A stretch of DNA of 63,532 nt, the filler included, from Octopus bimaculoides (taxonomy: Eukaryota), in the NCBI RefSeq assembly GCF_001194135.2. It is 6 parts of 6 records of this genome, joined end to end, with 100 filler letters (N's around TTAATTAATTAA, not from the genome) between each part and the next. Parts side by side here need not be neighbours in the genome. Positions count along the whole stretch, not along the records: positions 1 to 15,189 come from NC_068987.1; 5 more parts are not named here. The stretch is one strand, 5' to 3'. Below are positions 1 through 12,949 of the stretch, piece after piece (position 1 is the stretch's first letter; the number at the start of each line of letters is the position of its first letter). A program made the translations under genes and the position numbers. The notes beneath the pieces are model-generated. The model saw only the letters and a list, made by a program, of their open reading frames with translations, did no database searches and was not told the DNA's origin.

Positions 1-135
1 AAGAGAGATGCGCAATCACCACACGTACATATTAATTAATACATATATATGTCTGGATGCTAGTATTCACCAGCACTCGTACAGTAACGAAAACACAATC
101 ATGGGTGCTCAACCGTAGATACACACACACACATG

Positions 136-177
<42 letters not shown>

Positions 178-178
178 A

Positions 179-212
<34 letters not shown>

Positions 213-2169
213 TCGTGATATACGCACGTTTCACATCTATACAAACATGTAGGTTAAACTTCTCAGCTCACTCATTTTACTCTATGAACATATTCTGTCG
301 TTGACATCTTTAGCTGTTTTCGTCACTGCAAGATCAATATTCCGACTACCAATCATGAACTGATCGAATCAATGCTCTCACGAAATTTGTGGCCTTGTGA
401 CTCTGGTTGAAATTAAGAGAGAATGATATAATTAGCGCTTGAGTAAATGGACCTATTCATTATTTAGTTTTAGGATTTGCTCTGTTAAGAGTATTCGAAA
501 TTGTTTCGTTTGCCCCGAAGCAGTATGTGATTGCATTCTATTTTTTAGGATTTTTTATTATTGGCATTTGTGTTTTTCCAGCAATTTATGGCCATTTATT
601 TATTGTATAGCCTAGTGTTTAGGGTTGTTATGCACACTACCATAAAAATGTTCAGTCAATTTCCCAGACTGTTATGTCTTTGAGCAAAGCATTTCATTTC
701 AGATTTCTCCAATCTACTCAATTAAAATGAGTACAAGCCTAGTGTATGTGCATACTCGACTCACACCACGTGTCCCATCCTCTCTATATTTTTTACTAAA
801 TGATGAGAGGTTCGACAGTATTCTCAGTGAGGAGGAGTGATAATCACTTGTGGAACGTTGCTGTTGCATAAAAACCGAGAACAATTAGCGCAACCATGTT
901 ACACATTATCACCTCATACTCGATTCCGAGTGACGCCTATGGATATTGTTTTCACTTGATAATATCTTATTAAATTGCTATTGCTGCTTTGACCCTTCTA
1001 GTTGATGTATATTTCTCAGTTTATGTTTTATTGTTACTTTCACTTTTCGCTTTTGGAATGTCCTCAACGTCCTGGGCTCTTGTGGCCAATAAAAACAATT
1101 TTTATGACGAATAATAATGGAAATTTTGCCTTGTGTCGATATGAAATATTACTATTATTATTGAACTTATTATTGAACTTATTATTGAACTTATAAGACG
1201 AATTAATTATTATTGAACTTATTTTTCAGTAGTTTTATTCATTTATTCATTGCATACTTTCACTTCCAACGATCACAGCGAAAGCACGCCCTCTTGTGAT
1301 TCTTGTTTATGTCCCATATTTTGTTTCGTTTGTGAGTTTTCTGCTTGATTGACAATACTCCATCTAATAAGTTTTTTATAGTACCAAGTGATGTCATTTC
1401 CATTTAATAGAGTGAACAATTTCTATCCAGGGGAGCTGCAGAGACAGAGAAGAAAGGTAAACTGTGGCGGAGAGCACTGGCGACATTAACATCAGTAAAC
1501 TCCCAGCAGCCCAGAAAAGGGCAGCACAATCACAGAGTCCTCAGTAGCAAATGAATGAAAATGCCATGTGGTTTCTCTCAGTAGGCATCACTCCATGGTC
1601 TTGTGATGAAAGGTACTGGGCAGTGAGAAGGAGTGATAGTCACTTGTGGAAACGTAGAATGAGGTAAAAAGCACTCAAGAACGAAAACAAACGAAATTAT
1701 CCCAAATAAAAAGCGTAAGACACACGGAAAGTAACATTTGACTACTACCACTAGAGAGTATGTGGTTTATGTTGGTGCTAAGAGCCAGTGTGGTACTGAT
1801 GGTTATAACGAATGGCTTGTTGGAAGAAACAGAGGCTGATGTGCTAATTGAATAAGAAGAAACAAGATTAAAAATCAAATTCCCTCATGTGATTGACTAT
1901 TTCTGATAACAATACTAGGTTTCATGACTAGAAAGTAGCCTACATTGAGAATGTGAAGTGCTTCTCATTTCATCTATCATAGCAAATGCACTAGACCGCA
2001 GTAGCCACCCTATATCTCCACCCGTCGGTGTTTGGTGATATAGGATGCTTGGTAGCGTCTTCTCAACAGTGGATGGATTTCTATATTTATGTATACTTTG
2101 TTACTTCTTTATTTATTTGTGTATTTTATGATAAGTTCCAATATATATTATGATAAGTCTCGATGTATT

Positions 2170-2396
2170 TATTTCTTTATTGCCCACAGGGAGCTTAACA
2201 TAGAGGGGATACACAAGGACAGACAAATGAATTAAGTCGATTACCTCAACCCCAGTACGTAACTGGTACTTATTTAATCGAATCTGAAAGGACTAAAGGC
2301 AAAGTCGACCTCGGCGGAATTTGAACTCAGAGCGTAACGGCAGATGAATTACCGCTAAGCATTTCGCCCGGTGTGCTAACGATTCTGCCAGCTCGT
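2170..2396 (-). mobile_element. tRNA-derived SINE, family A
   Basis: Reverse complement of head gagctggcagaatcgttagc...ctgagttcaaattccgccgaggtcgactttgcc, with A box and B box. Many copies in the window. Confidence 0.85.
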
Positions 2397-3102
2397 GTTT
2401 CAATATATTGTATTACCTTCGTTTCTATATAACTTTATGTGTGCATTATCACATGTTCAGTAACCGATTTGTTATCATTTCTTGACGAATGAATGGTTCG
2501 TGGTCTGAAAATAAATTTATGTTGATGTTGTTGTCTGTTGCACACGGAGGACTTGTAAACTCTAAATGAAGTTTCTGACTATTTAAAATTTTTGTGTGAA
2601 TATAAAAAAAGACTCCTGTTTGAATTTTATAAACACCAAGGCATTTCAAACGTCACCTTATCTGCCACAAGACATGAGACGGACAGAAAGTCTGTTTAAA
2701 ACAAACATTTAATTTTTTTTTCTGTTATTTTGTCATCTTTACAATACTTGCCGACATGACTCCCTTTTATGTAGAAAGAGTAAGGGCCAATAATAAGAGA
2801 ACTGGAAATGATCAATTCACCACTTCCTTTTGGAAAAGACGATCTTCTTTTGCGTGATCGTTACAGCGATGGAGATTTCATGGAGAAAAGGCGTTGTTTT
2901 GGCTATTTCTAGTATAACGTCTGACCATACGTAAGATTCCGCATTGCCTCAAACGAAGCCGTAGAAGTTTCTTCGTAACTTTTGTTATAGTATTCGGGTG
3001 TGATATATAGAATACAAGGAGCGTAAAATGTGTTATCTTAACGGGAGGTGAGTGTGTATCATATGTGGCGAAATTTATGATATAGCCGTGAAAGTTGCAT
3101 GA

Positions 3103-3154
3103 TAATACCGATATGGAATTGTATAGACTAATACCGATATGGAATTGTATAGAC
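3103..3154. repeat. Exact 26-bp tandem duplication
   Basis: taataccgatatggaattgtatagac occurs twice in a row. Confidence 0.95.
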
Positions 3155-4177
3155 TATTAGACGTGTATCTTGTGATAGTGATATATATTCGAAAGCATTC
3201 TAACAGTCCATCTCGTCTTCTTGTTGATATAGCTATCACTATTTCAATGAATGTGCTTTACACGGTAGTAATTTAAAGGACATTTGGCTATTATTTCTAA
3301 CAGTGTAAGTGACCAAGTAGTAGCTATCTCTCATACTATTCCGAAGTAATAGTTGTGTAACATTTTTTAGTTGTGTAACTAAATTGCGTAGAATTTGTGC
3401 TGTAATCTAAAAGTTATGTAGCCAGTAGAATTGTTTAGAGTGTTTATGATGTTGTAAGTCTTTCTAAAGTAATTAAGTTTTTATTCAGGACTTCTCTTTC
3501 ATAAACAGTTCACCAATTACATTGACCATCATCGATATATTATTTTGGTATTTCTTTATATTATAAGGTTTTGAATTAAAAAATAACATCGGTTTTGCTC
3601 AATCGGTCACAATTTTAAACCTATTAATGAAGCATTATATTCGTACTTTCCATTTTTCATACTTTCTTTGAACACTTATTCCATTAACTGACAAAATGTA
3701 CTAAAAGCTTTTTAATGTATATTTTGTGAACTTAAATACCATATATAATATATATTATGATTATACTGTTTAAGATTTCCCGACACACTCATACACACAC
3801 GTATATAAATCATTTTATAGGTTTCATAATGGCTTCTAGACCTTGTAACGATCTCTTGTATATTCTATGCGGAGTGTATTTGTTTCTAAAATGTATAACT
3901 GAGTATTGTTAAGAGAGTTTATTATACTTATTCAAGAGGGAAATTATGAAATCAAAACAAAAGATGGGGTTCACACAAGTTTATTTCAGTGTGTTGAAAC
4001 ATCGAGAAGTTGGAGTCATAACAAACAGAAAGGCTTAGTTTTCGGAAACTCTATGTTACAGTGTGAGCTTACAAATTATATCGGCAACCACTACTGTTGC
4101 CCATGGAATGTTTCAAAGTTACAATGCCAAGAACGACGCCTTCAGATATCGAAATTTTCCATCAGTAAATAGACATA

Positions 4178-4340
4178 GGTGTAGGAGTGGCTATGTAGTA
4201 AGAAGCTTGTTTGCCAGCCACATGGTTCCGGCTTCAGTCCCACTGCGTGGCACCTAGGGCAAGTATCTTCTACTATAGCCTCGAGCCGACTAAAGCCTTG
4301 CGAATGGATTTGGTAGACGGAAACTGAAAGAAACGCGTCG

Positions 4341-4388
<48 letters not shown>

Positions 4389-4610
4389 TGTATTTGTGTG
4401 TCTGTATTTGTCTCCCCACCATCGCATGACGACCGATGTTGGTGTGTTTACTTCCCGTAACTTAGCGGCTAGGCCTAAGAGAACGATAGAATAAGTACTA
4501 GGCTTACGAAGAATGAGTCCTAGAGTCGCTTTATTCGACTAAAGGGGATGCTCCAGCATGGCCGCAGTGAATTGACTGTAACAAGTAAAAGAATAAAAGA
4601 ATGAAAGAAT
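4178..4610 (+). mobile_element. tRNA-derived SINE, family B (internal microsatellite, GTAAAAGA-type tail)
   Basis: Head ggtgtaggagtggctatgtagtaag...ggttccggcttcagtccc with A and B boxes, central (TA)n/(TATG)n, 3' gctccagcatggccgcag...gtaaaagaataaaaga. Confidence 0.85.
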
Positions 4611-5549
4611 ATTGAATGATCCGAGCATCCCTGTCCCTGATTCACAAGACAATGTAGATCATTGTAATTGTGTGTAAGATGAAATTTAGACGATGCCCCT
4701 CTTTTATGAACTGGAAGAGATCCAAAGCCGTTAATGCACGCCGCACGAAATAAATCAGTTAAAGTTTCGAACCCACACAAAGAATACGCAAGGCTTTTGG
4801 GGCAACCGACCGAAAATAACATTTTATTGGTATTCTCTTTATACGGAAAATGTTACAAAGATTTAGTTATATTCCTGCAAAACTTCAAGAAGATAGTTTA
4901 GATTTTGCAGAAATATTTCTGGATTTGGTATAGAAGCCATGTTTCGAATGTCGAATGAAGGTTATTTTATGGTAACATTCAAGTCTATTAAAAGAGGAAT
5001 GTTACGTTACAGTGGCGATTCATAAATATGGGTAGTTCATTCAGTTTATTTAACAGAAGCCTATGAAAACTTCAAATTGTTACATATGGTTGTAACAGGC
5101 AGAGATGTCAAAGTGCGTCGCATTTTATGTATCCAACAAAGAGAATGCACAAAATGCTACGCTTCGTGTATGAAGGATAATAGAGCACGGGAATAAAGAA
5201 AAGTGGAAAATTGGCCTCTGAGACTCGTAATTGTGGATCGTAGAAAATTTTACGCCCAAAACTAGCTGAAGAAAAAAGCCATGCATATCAAACTAGTCTT
5301 CATTATGCTGTATGTCAAACTAATAAAGATGATGATTGCTCTAAGTAAACTTATTCCAAATGTCTTAAAATCATCTCCAAAAACTGAAGAAAATGTGTTT
5401 TTTGTAGTTGTTTTTATACTTACCTTCTTATTACTAGATGATGAATTTCTCAGAATTATCTAAAACAAGACAGAACATAAATTGCTTTAAGGTTGACGTG
5501 AAAATTCTTTGGCAGATACATGAAACGCTACAATTGGAAAATATATTAT

Positions 5550-6480
5550 TCAGAAGTTTCAGGTTGTAATATTAATTTGAAGATTAATTCTGATTTTATT
5601 CTCTCAACCGCTTACTCGAAAATCCGGAAGATGTCACTGAGGTATAGAGGGAAAGTATGTAAAAATAAGGTAGAGATATCGATGACTATTGCTAGTTTTT
5701 ACAAAGAGAACTGCCGAATTCATATTCAGGAAAAAGTATAAAATTGTATCTACAGTAGTTTTCAATAACAAACTTCAATTCTAGCATCTCTCTTGTTTAG
5801 TGATATGTGTTCAATAAACTTCAGGTAAATTTTTATTTCTTTCAATCTTTTATCTCCACTCTTCATCACTTAAAAAAATACATCAAGCAAAGAATTTGCC
5901 CTATAGGTACAGAACCACATATTCCATATATTCAACATTTTTTATAACCTTAAATCTATGCCGTAAAATTCAAACCTATCATCAACAATGCACACTCCAC
6001 TATGAGTCACACTACGATGATTTTAATTTGGGGAAAATGAAGATTTCACAACATTCAGTAGTCAAAGACTCTTACGCAATAGAAACGTAGTTGAAGACAT
6101 CTGTGAAATCAGCACGCTCAAATTATCCAATATCGTGTAAAAGTTTGCAAATAGGAATTTTACTGTCACATCTCACATATCAGATATTTCCATTTCGGGG
6201 GCTCCTTGTACTTTCATAGCTTTCCGACTTCTTTCTTGATAATATTTTACTCATAAGATGAACAATACGTCTATTAAAGAGCAAATGTCTCCCTTTCTCC
6301 TATTCATTATACTATCTGGGCAATCATTTCTCCTTTCCTTCTAAGTCTTGACGCATATGACCAAGGGTGTCGTAACTCTTCTATTGTCATGTATCACGTT
6401 TCGTACTTGCTTATACAATTATTTCTAGTTTTGATGTGAAAGTTTCGGCATAATGCTAATGGATATAACTCCCTTTCCCG
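5550..6480 (-). mobile_element. Possible highly decayed Penelope-like RT remnant
   Basis: Broken minus-strand translation KYYQERSRKAMKVQGAP...VCIVD...IDLRL*KMLN weakly resembles PLE RT motifs. Many stops; low certainty. Confidence 0.3.
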
Positions 6481-6994
6481 GTCAATTCTGTAGATAAATT
6501 TTCTCTTTTGAGTACTGACAATTCGGAAATGATATTGTCGATTGTATCTATATGTTGATTGCATAGTTGATGTTAGATTCCTTGTTGTTATTGTTGCTGT
6601 CTTATTTAGCCTTTAGTTAGTCTTATCGAGCAGACCCATGATCAAAGATATGCTAGCCATCATCCCATCTTTCATTTCCAGCGTTGTGTATCTAGAATTA
6701 TATTATATAATCCATCTTACACTTTCAATTGTTGTTGTAGTTGTTGGCTCATTTAGTCTTTAGTTATCCCTGATCGAGCAAGCCAATGATCAAAGTGATG
6801 TTACCACCATCCCATTTATTTCTATCACAGGCATTGTATATCTACAACAACATTATCTAACGCGTCCTTTACTTTTGAAATGAAAGGAAATGATATGAGG
6901 GAAATTCAACTGCTATTTTTAGCAGGTCAAACGATCATATACACATGCCTTCCTTGATGACACAGTTAATTTTAGTATTAAATCCTAGCACAAT

Positions 6995-7230
6995 TAGGCG
7001 AGTTGGCAGATTCGTTACAGCACAGAACAGAAAATGCTTACGGGCATTTCTCTGAACGTCTCTATATTCTGAGTTCAAATTTAGCCGAAGTCGACTTTGA
7101 TGTTCATCCTTTCGGAGTATTTAAATTAATTACCAGTGAAACACTGGGGTCGATTTAATCGAGAAGTCTCCTCTCAACAAATTTCAGGTCTTGTGCATTT
7201 ATTAGAAAGGATTACTATTATTATTATCAT
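6995..7230 (+). mobile_element. SINE family A
   Basis: ggcgagttggcagattcgtta...ctgagttcaaatttagccgaagtcgac...actggggtcgatttaatcg, with a (TTA)n tail. Confidence 0.8.
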
Positions 7231-7479
7231 TGTCTTCTTTCAGGTTTGTTTCCCTTTCTTGCCGAGTGTCTTCCCAACACCTTGGGCAAGGAAAATTCAC
7301 TGTATACGTTGGCAGGCCCTCTGAATAAACACACCAAATTTTCATTTGCAAAGTCATGTGAGAGAACAATAAGCGGAAGAGAGACAGAGAGAAAAAGGAA
7401 AGAAGGAAGAAAGAAAAAACTGTAAAAGGTAACAAAGAAAATACGTACAACAGTTTAAACTGCTGAAAACAAATTTCGA

Positions 7480-7710
7480 GCATGGGGCTACAAGAAGTAA
7501 CCTTAGATATCCAGGACTTTCCTAAATATCCTAGTTGTTCTTGCTTTATTTTGACAATACTGTTTCTGGTGTTGCACTAAGCTAGGTTTTATACCTATTT
7601 CCGCTATCCATCTGCTGAAATCTTTAGGAATAGTTCCTAACGCACCTATAACTACAGGTGCACATTTTACCCGCGCTTTGCATAGCTACTGTAACTCAAT
7701 GGCTGAATCC
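7480..7710 (-). mobile_element. R4/Dong-type (restriction-like endonuclease) non-LTR retrotransposon, 3' fragment
   Basis: Minus translation YQDSAIELQ*LCKARVKCAPVVIGALGTIPKDFSRWIAEIGI matches the KY.DL..E...PVVIGALG C-terminus of R4/Dong ORFs. Confidence 0.75.
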
Positions 7711-7728
7711 TGGTATATTATTATTATT

Positions 7729-7805
<77 letters not shown>

Positions 7806-7810
7806 CATCA

Positions 7811-7878
<68 letters not shown>
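7708..7878. repeat. Compound (TTA)n(TCA)n(TTA)n microsatellite
   Basis: Seen directly in the sequence. Confidence 0.95.
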
Positions 7879-7884
7879 TTCTCT

Positions 7885-8395
7885 TTGACACAGGTCTTGT
7901 TGGAGCTCCTGGAGTCTTGCATGCGTAGCAGGCTAACTACCTGCAGCCTGCTCTACCATACTATTCGTTCTTTTCAGCTGTCTAATACTTTCCAGATAGA
8001 TTAAGAAGCAAACCTTTTGTAACAGTTCTACTGGGCCCTCTATTCCAATTTCTTTTATATTTCTCTTGATACTGTTCCCAAGGACCCCAAAATAATTGGA
8101 ACTATTTCGTACAAAAGAGGGTTGTATCTTTCTATATTTTCGCCTTCCTTCTTGACTATTCGTGGGTCAAAGGGCGTGTAACATCGACTATATAGCATAT
8201 GTGGTGCACTTGTGGACCACCACTAGGTTCGGTCTGTTATGCTCTAGCACCTGATCTGTTTGGATTGGCAAATCCCAGAGGATATTGCTTGTCTCCGACT
8301 GCCTTTTTTTTGCGGTCTGTGCTCATACCACGCCTTGCTCCTATCTATCCCCCACTTTTCACACAGTTTCCAATGCAGTTGATTTGTATGACAAA
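7885..8395 (-). mobile_element. R4/Dong-type non-LTR retrotransposon, 3' fragment with (TAA)/(TGA)n tail at 7708-7878
   Basis: LHWKLCEKWGIDRSKAWYEHRPQK and CYIVDV, with frameshifted C-terminal remnants ending ...WKVLDS*, followed by the trinucleotide tail. Confidence 0.8.
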
Positions 8396-9049
8396 ATTTC
8401 TTCAAGGCGGTGCCCCAACATTGCAGCACTTTCATGATTGGAATAAGTAAAAGATAAAAGAAACTAATTATGAAATTTCTTATAAGGAATAATGAAATGG
8501 AATGAAGGAAATAGGTAAAAGCAATGGAGGAAATTTTAAAATGTGAAGAACAAAACAATGAAATGTGAAGGGCAACATGCTGGAATAAGATAGTTTATGA
8601 AATGTCAAAAAGAAAATTATGGGACGAAAGTGAAAAATTATGAAATATGTAAAAGTTTTGAAAAAAAGTTTTGAAACGAAATAGATAAAATATTTTATGT
8701 GTAAAACCTATGACACGAGATGTAGAAATTATGAAATGTGAGAAAAAAGTAAAAGAACACTATGAAATGATATGGATAAATTATAAAACTTGAAAGACTA
8801 TTACGAATTTAGATTATCTATGAAATGTCGAAAAGAAAATTATTCAATGGAGTGGATAAATTATTGGGTATGAAAGAACATTAGAAAATGAGATACGGTA
8901 ATAAAGAGATATGAATGAAAAAAGTTATGACGCGTGATGGATACATTATGGAAGAGAAAATTGTATAATGAGATGAATGAATTATTGGAAGTGAAAAAGA
9001 AAACCATGAAACAAAATAAAGAGACATTACAGACATCACCTGTATCTAC

Positions 9050-10137
9050 TGTAATAATGGTTTTTCATTTAAGCAAAAGCCTAGTGGTTTGGAGATTAAG
9101 GGTTAGTCGATGGCATCGAACCAAAAACTTGGCTTTTAGTTCATGCAATTAATCCTGGAGGTATGAATGGGAAATTTGATCCCGTCGAATTTGAACATGG
9201 TGCAAAAGGAGCATGAAAAAATAGCTCAAAGCGATTTATTTTTTCTGGCGCTCACCGCTTATATATCTAGCTTTACGATTTTTAGCTTCTGATCTAGACA
9301 CAAAGCCAGTAATTTTGAGGAAGTGGTATAGTCAGTACCACCAATCCTATTACTTAGAACATAGGCTGCAAAGGTTTGGAACAATACAGCAAAGCAGTCT
9401 TTACTTTCACTCTAACGATTCTGGCTGCTCACCGCGTTCATGTTGTGATAAGAATTCTTTCAAATTGTAGTAGAAAGCCGGCTCTTTTGAAGGGAAGGAG
9501 AAGTCGATTAAATAGGCCTCAGTGGTTTACTGGTACTTTATTTCAACGACTGTGACAGGATAAAAGGCAAAGTTAACATCGGCAGTATTTGTATTACGAA
9601 CGTAAAAAACTCGAAGAAATGCCGTTCAACATTTTGTGCGACGCGTTAACGATTCTGTCCATTAGCCGCCTTCTCCATTTACGACAATAACTCTTTGTGC
9701 TATAGACAAAAGCATGAAATTTTGTGGTGAGGGCATAGTCGATCACATAAAGCCAAGTTCTCGACAGCTACTTAATTAATAAACCCTGAAAGGATGGAAA
9801 GCGAAGTAAACTTCTGCAGTATTTGAATTCAGGACGTAAAGACGGATGAAATGTTGCTAAGCATTTTATCCGGCGCGCTAACGATTCTGCAAAGTTGTCC
9901 TCATCTCTAATAATGATAATAATTCTTTCTGCTATAGACAAAAAGATAGAAATTTGTGGGGAGGGGATAGTCGATTACATAAACTCCTGAACTCGACAGA
10001 TACTTATTCTTATCGATCCCAAGAGGATGAAAGCAAAGTCGACCGCAGCGAATTTAAACCAAGAACGTAAAGAGCCGTTAGGTATATCGCTAAGTATTTT
10101 ACCCGATTCACTAACGATTCTATCAACTTGTCGCCTT
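9050..10137 (-). mobile_element. Head-to-tail array of five diverged SINE family A copies
   Basis: Copies at about 9052-9260, 9280-9436, 9450-9672, 9680-9903 and 9905-10137. Each ends on plus with a variant of aacgattct...cgcc (reverse-complement head). Confidence 0.75.
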
Positions 10138-10172
10138 ATTTTCAATAATAATGATGTTTCTCTATTCATGTA

Positions 10173-10390
10173 TGCGGGGATGCTGAAAAAGTTACTATCT
10201 TTAAGGGTTTCGCGAAAGGTCTGGCTAGAGGCCCGACCTTCCGAGTTCTTTTACAGGGCTTAGAAAAACTGAAGGACCTCTGCAATATGTGTGTGGATCT
10301 CAAAGGGGAATATGCTGAATAAAATCATAATTAGCGATTCTCCTGTATTTTCTTTAACCAAAAAACCAGGAACTTTTCAGCAACTCCTCG
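10173..10390 (+). mobile_element. Mariner internal-deletion derivative (MITE-like)
   Basis: Terminal inverted repeats tgcggggatgctgaaaaagtt and aggaacttttcagcaactcctcg, TA at 10171-10172, and the transposase C-terminus LQGLEKLKDLCNMCVDLKGEYAE*. Confidence 0.7.
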
Positions 10391-10912
10391 TTGTTTATAT
10401 GATATTTGGTAAGCTTATGAAATTTTTCAGCGATGCTGTTAAATAGCTACTGTTAGAGAATGGTGTAATGAGGTCCATGAGATGCTGTGTACTATACTTG
10501 GATTATATTCGATAGGTATTGATAAGAGACTTAAACAAACACGAATATCTTTGGTTTCTTATTGAGGTGTTAAGACCACAAAATATGAGATGAATGTTTT
10601 TGTGTGTGTGTGTGTGAGTGTCGGCATGATGTTAGCTTTTTTGTTGTTATTGTTGCTGTATATTAAACTCAGTATATGTTAACTACAGAATACAAGTGGG
10701 AAGCAAAGTTGACAGCCATATGATTTGATCATAAATCTTTAAAATACTTATTACTGTACTAGTTTTCGCTTGAATCTTTTTATATTCTGAACACATTGTA
10801 ATGTGACCAAAAATATTGTTTTTCAATATCACTCTATATCAATAAAATACAAAGAAAAATGACAAACAGAAGATATAAACGAGAAATTTAGAAGCCATTG
10901 TTAAAAATTTAC

Positions 10913-10918
10913 TTTATT
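10913..10918 (-). promoter_or_regulatory. Candidate polyadenylation signal of HS3ST
   Basis: tttatt on plus (AATAAA on minus), about 90 nt after the stop. The region is AT-rich, so a chance match is possible. Confidence 0.3.
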
Positions 10919-11004
10919 TCTTATTTGTATGGAAGAAGCTGTAAATTTGTGTTTAAAAAATTCGCTTATATTTTTTCACTCTATAAATCACATATTTAGA
11001 CATT

Positions 11005-11629
11005 TCATACCCATCCAAAATCTTGATTAACCATGCGATAAAACTTTATATTGAAGGGCTTATAAAAATCCCTAAGCCTCCGTATCACTGAAGGATCAAT
11101 CATGGGGTGAATACGCCCTTTAGTTTCACCTAAGCAGTGAGGGTGGCTACCTTTTTGTCTGTTAGGTTTGAGGATACAAGGAAATCCTTTCCTGGATTTC
11201 AGGTAAAAATGTCTGTGGTTTATAACAGGTCTGAGCCCCAAAAACTGTTGCACTTTTAACATCTCATCAGCAGGGTTTTCAATAAGACGTTCACCACTCA
11301 CGAAGTGCATTTGTTCCAGAGGGAAATACTGAAGCCAATGTTTCAGGTGTTTAGCATAGACTCCTATACGGACAGGACTCCACTGAGTGTCGACAATACG
11401 GCTGGTGTTATCAACAAACACCATTTCCTCGAAGCTACGCGAATCCATCTTCTTGCTGGCCACCTGTGTGTAGTCAGATATAGCCCGAGTAACGGGGTCC
11501 CTCACTACCACAATCAACTTGAGGTGTTTAGAGAACTGATACACTCTTCTAGGAACATCTTTCGTTATGAAATAACTCGGTGTTTTCTCGATGGTGAGTT
11601 GACCTTCTTCAGACCTTGGCATTAAACTT
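11005..11629 (-). CDS. Hs3st-B: Terminal coding exon of heparan sulfate glucosamine 3-O-sulfotransferase, gD-type (HS3ST2/3/4/6-like)
   Basis: Translation (R)SLMPRSEEGQLTIEKTPSYF...KLIVVVRDPVTRAISDYTQ...FVSGERLI...KGFPC...HCLGETKGRIHP...FYRMVNQDFGWV*. It has the 3'-PAPS-binding motif RDPVTRAISDY, the EKTPSYF motif typical of HS3ST2/3/4/6, and the C-terminal Cys pair. Acceptor ttttttctttttccttattttgcag (AG at 11631-11630) is phase 2 in the Arg codon. TGA stop at 11007-11005. The TTG start at 11664 in the ORF track is intronic. Confidence 0.95.
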
Positions 11630-11917
11630 CTGCAAAATAAGGAAAAAGAAAAAAATAATGTCACTAGGTTTGATCATACAAGTTGATATATTTACTATAT
11701 TTACATTCATGTTAAAATGGACATTTAATAATGAACTAAAGAAATACTGTACAAAATAGGTAATACAAATTTCATATACGTAATAAAATAGATAATACAA
11801 ATTTTTATACACATATTAAAATGTATAATAGAATAATTTATATACATAGTATAATCACACGTACATACATACATAATCACACGTACATATATACATACAT
11901 ACACACGCACACACAAT

Positions 11918-11976
<59 letters not shown>

Positions 11977-12569
11977 ACACACACACGATTTTATTTGTTG
12001 CTGATATATTTATTGGGGAGATACTTTAGTCTGAATTTTTTAAATTCAGCTTGTGAAGGGAAACACAATACTCCTGTGCCTAAGAAACTCCCCCATAAAT
12101 TTACCAGATGAAAGTATTCACAGGCAAACACACACATTCGCGCACGCACCTTCAGCTAGGGATTTAAAAGTCTTAAGCATTAATATAAACTAGTTACCAA
12201 CCGAGATTAGCTAAGCTTAGTTGAGCCGATTAATGTCCACCCCGTCTTGTATCTCTATCCCTCTGTCTCACCTCTTCACCACAGCTTCCAACCACCTTCT
12301 AACTTCATTTATTATGTCCTCCACCCAGTTGACTGCCATAGATGAAAGATTTCATGATAGTTGCAGTATGAGACTGCCGTTCATAATGTTAAGTGTCTGG
12401 ACCACTCGGGAGAATTAAAAGAGGTATCACTTCACAATTGATCAGTATTACCGTTATATCTTATCTTTCTTTTCAGGATTTTGATAATGATATTTTTCTA
12501 ATAAACATGATAGATCGCTAGCCACTATACCTTTTTCTATTTTCTCTCTCTGTTTATTTAATTTTATTC

Positions 12570-12606
12570 CATTCTATTGAAGAGCGTAGGCTCGAAACGT
12601 AAAAGA
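12570..12606 (+). ncRNA. Decayed hammerhead-like motif in the same repeat family (element ~12560-12700)
   Basis: ccatt-CUAUUGA-A-GAGC-guag-GCUC-GAA-ACGU-A-aaaga. Stem II is intact; G5 is mutated and stem I is damaged. Confidence 0.45.
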
Positions 12607-12734
12607 CCTCTTCATTTTTCCCGAGTGTCAAACTAATACACTTCCTTGTTGTTCGTTGTTCATACAGCTGTCTCTGTCTTTTGTTTTTCTATAAATTTCA
12701 ACTATGTGTGTGTGTCCGTGTGTGTATGCGTGTG

Positions 12735-12808
<74 letters not shown>

Positions 12809-12949
12809 TGTGTGTGTGTGTATGCATAAAAGCATACGAATACATGTAAAAACACACACGAACAGAAACATTTAGTACTTTACCATATAGTAGCATTATC
12901 TAAATTCATATCGTTGCTCAACTTTAATTATTTGTTCTTTGGGTCACAT

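Noticed and set aside
825-1656. Two copies (~825-862 and ~1621-1655) of CAGTGAG(G/A)AGGAGTGA-N3-TCACTTGTGGA(A)ACGT, a hairpin followed by GAAACGT
   Set aside because: Superficially hammerhead-like, but the core spacing and stem I do not fit. Treated as an unclassified old repeat.
10313-10409. Open frame ending ATG ATA TTT G|gtaagc as an alternative first exon
   Set aside because: Mostly mariner-derived and not signal-peptide-like.
11305-11625. 106-aa plus-strand ORF
   Set aside because: Antisense shadow of the HS3ST exon with no recognisable motif.
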